IMG/VR virus record: IMGVR_UViG_3300021560_000057
Location: 1 to 30,037 of that record
Source: a virus
Taxonomy: Duplodnaviria; Caudoviricetes
Direction: 5' to 3' (one strand)
DNA length: 30,037 nt
The translations under genes and the position numbers were made by a program. The notes under the pieces are model-generated. The model saw nothing but the letters and a program-made list of their open reading frames with translations. It was not told the origin of the DNA and searched no databases. This document shows positions 24,816 through 30,037 of the stretch, piece after piece; the first letter of the stretch is position 1; every line of letters begins with the position of its first letter.

Positions 24816-25040
24816 TTATTCTCTTAAAGCACGGTAACGGTGCTGTTGATTCCAAACACGATGACAAGTTTTGCAGTACTGACTCCCATCTGGCTTGCGC
24901 ACGTTCCAACGGAGCGTGCTAAAATCACGCGTCAACATACCAGCCTCATCGTGCCCAAGCGGGCACGGTGGGGTCAAGCCGGAAAGGGGGTGGGTTATCC
25001 TGCAAGCCGCTGATATTTTTCCGGATGTCCAGGAGGTCAT
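24816..25040 (-). CDS. Candidate antisense Zn-finger mini-protein (CPLGH...CKTC)
   Basis: Resembles the C-x-x-G-H...C-x-x-C module appended to phage HNH nucleases; start ATG 25040 or an internal TTG. Confidence 0.4.
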   Translation of the reverse strand: MTSWTSGKISAACRITHPLSGLTPPCPLGHDEAGMLTRDFSTLRWNVRKPDGSQYCKTCHRVWNQQHRYRALRE

Positions 25041-26853
25041 CGGTCGCTGCGACTCGGCGTATGTGTTTCGCCTGATGTCTGACGCTATCGAGGCGCTTGC
25101 TAATAAGGCCCCTCAAGGATCCGGTCCGACGTGGCAACCATTGCTAATCTACGTTAATATTCCTACGACGCAGGGCTATTACGTCACACTTCCCTCACAA
25201 GTGGAAACCTGCTTGCGGGTCAACCTTAATAAAAATCCGGCGTTCCCGCGAGCCCAGCTTTACGAATTTAGCCAAAACGGGCCCGGGAGCGATGACCGGG
25301 AACTGGGCTGGAGCTGGCAGGAACGCGGCGATACGCCTTTGCAACAGCCTATTGCTTTCCCAGCCCAGTTGGGCGTAGTCGCGTCCATGGCCAACGATGC
25401 CGGGTTAGCCCTAAACGCTTTATGCGTGCTCCCGGATGGCACCGAACAATGGGTGACCTACGTGATGGGGCCTACGTTGCGTGCCAGCGGCCCCACGAAC
25501 GTGACCGATATCGCGATGATCTCTAAGCCGCTCACGACTGGCCCGGTGCAACTATTCACTTCTGGCAACATTTTATTAGCCAGTTATCAGCCCAATGATC
25601 TCTCGCCGGTCTTTCAACGGATCAAGCTAAGCGAGAAAGCCGTCGCGGTCCGGATCCTGGCCAAGCGCCGCTCGGCCAGGGTCAGTCAACCGACCGATAT
25701 CATCCCGCTCAACAGTAAACTGGCCATTGTGCTGATGGCCAAAGCCATCAAATACTACAAAGAAGATCATTTCCAGGAAGCGGCCACCTGCGAGCAGCGC
25801 GCGATAGGTTTCCTGGAAGAAGAACAGAATTCCCGGCTCTCTTACAGCCCGCTTTCTTCTAATCTGGATCAGGCCCAGGCGATCTCAGCCAATATTCGCA
25901 ACCGGGATACCTTGATTGTGGCTGATGTGTACGATGAAGCCACGGAAGTGTTTGGCCCGGTCGGCAGAGCACAGATCTTTGACGAGATCACCACCACGAT
26001 CGAGCTGTTGGCTAACAAAACCCACTGGGATCCGTTAGTCGGCTACATCGATATCTGTGTCCAGAACGTGGACAGCAACTACTACGTGACCTTGCCGCGC
26101 TTCATCGATCAGGTAATCGCGATGAATATTAACGGCATCCCGGGCGATTTCCGCTCTAAATGGTTCGAATTTCACTTAAATGGCTTGGGCACGAGCGATA
26201 CGAACAGACCGTGCACGGGCTGGGAGGAAGTGGGCGAGGTGTGCACCACGTTTCAGTGGCCGGACCCGGTTAACATGGTGGCCGTACCCGATTTCCCCAG
26301 TGATAACGAGGCCCATTTTCGGATTTACGGCTTAGATGCGACCTATCGTCCCTTAACGATGCCGGACGGCAGCGCTGGCATCATTTTACCGTGTGTGGCG
26401 GGCTCCTTTGCGTTGCCTAGCTACGGCCAAGCACCGATTTTAACCATTGACCGGATCGAAAAAGCCCAAACCCAGGGCTTTGTTAGTCTTTATGCGACCG
26501 ATGGCGCTAACCCGGGCCCCTTAATTGGTTATTATTGGCCCGAAGATACCGAACCGATCTATCGCCGGATCAAATTAGGCGCTAAAGCGGCTCTGGTCAG
26601 GATGCGATACCGGAAAAGGTGGACCAAAATCGCTTCTTTGACCGATCCGATTCCCTTACGAAGCCGGCTAGCGCTGATCTGCGCCTTTAATGCTGTTAAT
26701 TCGGCGAAAAGCGACCCGGATAAGTCTAACACAGCCTTAAATCAGGCTCTGGGTTACCTAAACGACGAATGGCGGGTAGCGCACCCGCGTGAAAACGCCC
26801 GGATCCAGATAAATTCGCTTACTTACGGCGGCGCATTCAGTCCGATGACGTGA
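24997..26853 (+). CDS. Head-tail adaptor / tail ring-like protein made of two tandem ~300-aa repeats
   Basis: Clear internal duplication; precedes nozzle-like gene; start uncertain (track TTG 24895; SD-supported ATC 24997). Confidence 0.65.
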   Translation: MLQAADIFPDVQEVIGRCDSAYVFRLMSDAIEALANKAPQGSGPTWQPLLIYVNIPTTQGYYVTLPSQVETCLRVNLNKNPAFPRAQLYEFSQNGPGSDDRELGWSWQERGDTPLQQPIAFPAQLGVVASMANDAGLALNALCVLPDGTEQWVTYVMGPTLRASGPTNVTDIAMISKPLTTGPVQLFTSGNILLASYQPNDLSPVFQRIKLSEKAVAVRILAKRRSARVSQPTDIIPLNSKLAIVLMAKAIKYYKEDHFQEAATCEQRAIGFLEEEQNSRLSYSPLSSNLDQAQAISANIRNRDTLIVADVYDEATEVFGPVGRAQIFDEITTTIELLANKTHWDPLVGYIDICVQNVDSNYYVTLPRFIDQVIAMNINGIPGDFRSKWFEFHLNGLGTSDTNRPCTGWEEVGEVCTTFQWPDPVNMVAVPDFPSDNEAHFRIYGLDATYRPLTMPDGSAGIILPCVAGSFALPSYGQAPILTIDRIEKAQTQGFVSLYATDGANPGPLIGYYWPEDTEPIYRRIKLGAKAALVRMRYRKRWTKIASLTDPIPLRSRLALICAFNAVNSAKSDPDKSNTALNQALGYLNDEWRVAHPRENARIQINSLTYGGAFSPMT

Positions 26854-29800
26854 AAGACAATAAACAAGGCGCAGCGGTAGCTTCTGAGGCCGATTGGTCG
26901 CTCGGAGTCGACTCCTACACCCATTTTTCGCGGATTGGTAAAGGATATTATTGCTGGGGCTTTAACGTAGTTAACCGGGGCGGGATGCTGCAGACCAGAC
27001 CGGGCAAATCATTGATTTTTACGTTACCAATGGCCGGGATCCCGCAAGGCATCAAGCTTTTCCGGCCCACGCAATCTTTCGGCATGGAATGCATCGTGTG
27101 GGCGATGGGCGGCAACATTTATATGAGCCGCTACCCGTTTACCACCTACCAACTGGTCACCGGGCTCACCTTTTACGATAAGGCGCCCATGGTCACCTTC
27201 TGTGCCGGGATCAAGGTCAGCTCGCTTAACCCGGACGGCTCATTAACCATCGTCAGCCAGCCGTACAACGTGCTCATCATCCAGGACGGCTACACCGCGG
27301 CGGGCGTGTTCGACGGCGCGGGCCCGCACGGGTACCATATCTACGGGGGCGCGCCCGGCTACGGTACCCCGATGGGTTTGCACATGGCCTGGAGCGGGAA
27401 CCGGCTCTGGGTCGCGCGCGAAAATCAGGTGTTCGCTTCCGATTACCTGGATCCTCTCACGTTCAGTGATTCGACCTATCTGGCCACCGCGGACAACTTC
27501 CAGTTGCCTTACGAATGCACCGGCATGATCGAAACGCCCGATGAACGCACCCTGTTAGCTTTCTGTGATCAAGCCGTAGTCAGTTTTCAATCCCAGATCG
27601 CGGATCGGACCATGTGGCAGAACGTGACCGATTTTCAGAAGATCATCGTACCTAACACGGGTGCGCTCGCGCCCCGCTCGATCTTTAACCAGTACGGGAC
27701 CACGTGGTTTGTAAGCGAGTTCGGCCTGACTAACATTAATATGGCATCGGCGACCAATGTCACTGACCGGTTGCCGCCGCTGGACATAGAAATGATCCGG
27801 TCCAAAGACAATCTGTCCAGTGATCAGACCAAGATCTGCGGAGGCACCTTTGAAAATTTCGCTTTTCTGGGCGTGCCCGCCGGCAGCCTGAAAAACCGCC
27901 ATACCTGGATTATTGACGCGGCACCGCAGAGCCGTCTCGGCCAACAGGGGGCCCAGAACGCTATTGCCAGCTGGGCCGGCGCCTGGACCGGTACCTACCC
28001 GATCGAGTTCACGACCGGCATTGTGCAGGATGCTAAACGTTGTTTTGAACTGGCTTATTCCTGTACCCAGAAAGACGGCTCCAGCGTGCATATCTGGGAG
28101 AATTTCATGGGGCAACGCTGGGATTATAACCAGACCCCGATCTCTTGCATGGTCGAGCTGCGTTGTTTTGATTTCGGGACCGACTATTACAGGTTCAGGT
28201 ACGCCGAGGTCGATCTAGCCGAGATCTGGGGCGAGGTCCATTTTGAGATCTGGTACGCCGGAATCAAAGGCCAGTATTATCCGATCGGTTCCAAAACGAT
28301 AGAAGCCAAGATCGGCATTTTCACGCCCGAGTTGGAGATCGTCTATAACAACGATCCGCTGACCGATACCATGCTGCGCTCTTACCGGCCCCAGACCCGC
28401 ACTATCCGGAGCGAGGAAATCTCCGGGTCGCCCAGTGAAGCGCCTGACGGCAACCTGTGCTCGGTCGAAAGCGTTTACGGCACCAATATCGATAAAGGCT
28501 TCCAGATTATGTTGCGCTGGACCGGCGTGTGTGGCGTGCGTCAGGTCCGGATCTATGCCGAGCCATATTTCGAGCCCGGCATAGGCACGTGCGAGCCCGA
28601 TGAGACCGGCCAGACCAATGTCCTGGAAGAGATCGGCTACCTGCCTAATCCGCCGATCTGCGCGCCGCCTATCCCGGTCGCGGTGATCAGTCCGCTGTAC
28701 CAGCTTTTAACCACGGGTAGCCCGCAGATTGCCGGCCAATACGAGCTCTACTGGCTGGCCAGCGGCACGCCGCAAGCCCCGGCGGTAGTAACTAAATTGG
28801 CCACCTGGGTTTTGGGCCAAGACGTGATTGACGGGCTGGCGATCGATTACTCGAGCTATGTCACCCAGCAACATGGCACCCAGACATTTCTGTGGATTTT
28901 TCGCTACCTGTCCGGCACGGCCACTAGCCCGGTGATCAAGACAACTTCGGTTACGCCGATCGGCAACATCGCGACCGGGGTCGCCAACACGTTCAGCCTG
29001 CTCGGGTTAAACACCTTTTATTTTACTGTTTCCGATTGTCAGCATACCCAGTACAAGGCCACCGACACTTCTACCCCACAACCGGTGGTCAGCGGCAAAT
29101 ACTTGGTCGACACCACCCATTACCGGACTGACACCTACGCCAATGTTAACGACCCGGCTAATTACCATGGTGTGATCAGTTACCCGAGCCTGGGCCTGGA
29201 ATTGTGGCAACTCTTAACCACGTACGATCCCGGCACGCACAATGTGACCAGCCAGACCCAGTCTTTGCGCGCTGTTTACTGGGAAGGATCCGGGTTCACC
29301 ATCGGCGTCGTCCTGGATATAACCGGCGCCCTGGACCTAACCCAGTTTCCTTTGGTGCTGACTATTTTGCGCAAAGGCGAAGCGCCGGTAGGTAAACAGA
29401 CTGACGCCTGGGCTTATGCCGGCGCTGGCAACATGCAGATCGGGATAACTGACGCGACCGATCTGACCCAGGTCAGTCACGTGGTGCCGCCGGCCAGTGA
29501 CCAGTTACCCGGGATCTGGCCGATCATAGGCAAGCCCGGCCTGATGTTTAATTCGGTGCAGGTGACCAACCCGACCTTGAACGAGGTCGAGCTGGCTTTG
29601 AGCCCGGCAGGCGCCCAGGCGACCATGGTCGGGTTTTACTGGCCCGGCTGGGATTACGGGATCGGGCCTACGGACGCCTTCTTTGCGGGCCCGAGCGGGA
29701 TTGAAATCTGGGATAACGCTAACAATGTATTGCAACGTTTTACTTACCAGACGGATTTCGGGCCGGACGGCAATAAAGCGGTCCAGCAATACCTCGATCT

Positions 29801-30037
29801 GACGGCGTTGTGCAAGCTGCACACCCAGATCAAACTGGTCCGGTTCAGTTACTTTGGCGGTGCGACTAAACAAGTCTATGTAGACCAGAGCGCGACCGCG
29901 GCACCCTTTGAACTCGGGGAAGCGACTATTATCGGGGCGCGTTACCCGACTGATGCGATTATTACCAGCGTCAACACCGGCGCCGGCACGAACAATCACC
30001 AGATCGGCCTGACTACGGCGGTGACCGGCAGCTACAA
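26850..30037 (+). CDS. Partial (3' truncated) tail nozzle / tubular protein B-like protein, >1060 aa
   Basis: GTG 26850 overlaps upstream TGA; I read the frame to the window end with no stop; N-terminal W..GVD...NVVNRGGMLQTRPG and propeller-like GNRLWVA..VFASD; not in the ORF track. Confidence 0.75.
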   Translation, partial: MKDNKQGAAVASEADWSLGVDSYTHFSRIGKGYYCWGFNVVNRGGMLQTRPGKSLIFTLPMAGIPQGIKLFRPTQSFGMECIVWAMGGNIYMSRYPFTTYQLVTGLTFYDKAPMVTFCAGIKVSSLNPDGSLTIVSQPYNVLIIQDGYTAAGVFDGAGPHGYHIYGGAPGYGTPMGLHMAWSGNRLWVARENQVFASDYLDPLTFSDSTYLATADNFQLPYECTGMIETPDERTLLAFCDQAVVSFQSQIADRTMWQNVTDFQKIIVPNTGALAPRSIFNQYGTTWFVSEFGLTNINMASATNVTDRLPPLDIEMIRSKDNLSSDQTKICGGTFENFAFLGVPAGSLKNRHTWIIDAAPQSRLGQQGAQNAIASWAGAWTGTYPIEFTTGIVQDAKRCFELAYSCTQKDGSSVHIWENFMGQRWDYNQTPISCMVELRCFDFGTDYYRFRYAEVDLAEIWGEVHFEIWYAGIKGQYYPIGSKTIEAKIGIFTPELEIVYNNDPLTDTMLRSYRPQTRTIRSEEISGSPSEAPDGNLCSVESVYGTNIDKGFQIMLRWTGVCGVRQVRIYAEPYFEPGIGTCEPDETGQTNVLEEIGYLPNPPICAPPIPVAVISPLYQLLTTGSPQIAGQYELYWLASGTPQAPAVVTKLATWVLGQDVIDGLAIDYSSYVTQQHGTQTFLWIFRYLSGTATSPVIKTTSVTPIGNIATGVANTFSLLGLNTFYFTVSDCQHTQYKATDTSTPQPVVSGKYLVDTTHYRTDTYANVNDPANYHGVISYPSLGLELWQLLTTYDPGTHNVTSQTQSLRAVYWEGSGFTIGVVLDITGALDLTQFPLVLTILRKGEAPVGKQTDAWAYAGAGNMQIGITDATDLTQVSHVVPPASDQLPGIWPIIGKPGLMFNSVQVTNPTLNEVELALSPAGAQATMVGFYWPGWDYGIGPTDAFFAGPSGIEIWDNANNVLQRFTYQTDFGPDGNKAVQQYLDLTALCKLHTQIKLVRFSYFGGATKQVYVDQSATAAPFELGEATIIGARYPTDAIITSVNTGAGTNNHQIGLTTAVTGSY

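Noticed and set aside
24889-24983. Known ribozyme, riboswitch or HEARO/omega RNA
   Set aside because: No hammerhead core or aptamer consensus recognised; GTCAAC and CAAGCC similarity is too short and no IscB/TnpB is nearby.
27555-29999. Short track ORFs in the last 3 kb
   Set aside because: They lie within or antisense to the uninterrupted + strand ORF starting at 26850.

Overview
Almost entirely + strand, tightly packed (many ATGA/GTGA stop-start overlaps) virion-structure region of a tailed dsDNA phage or prophage, most likely podovirus-like. Left to right: small hypothetical genes; two fibre genes with tail-collar domains (one collagen-rich); a short collagen/foldon protein; a Cys-rich protein; probable portal; a secreted Fn3 protein; a Bbp19-like protein; probable scaffold; an HTH protein; a glycosyltransferase; a membrane-protein/lysis block with a GH75 chitosanase-like enzyme as endolysin candidate; a second GT-A-like enzyme; a sigma70-type promoter and structured leader before the probable major capsid gene; an Ig-like adaptor and third fibre; small basic/acidic proteins; a tandem-duplicated head-tail adaptor-like protein; and a >1060-aa nozzle-like ORF running off the right end (absent from the ORF track). 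No terminase, integrase, tRNA, CRISPR array or reverse transcriptase was seen. The most unusual signals are an overprinted gene inside the glycosyltransferase, a dual-use 180-bp intergenic region (structured RNA masking a Shine-Dalgarno and possible ATC start, with an antisense Zn-finger ORF), rare-codon patches coinciding with RNA structure in the capsid and portal genes, and a fibre repeat module split across two genes. All calls come from visual motif recognition and gene order; no searches or folding programs were run.
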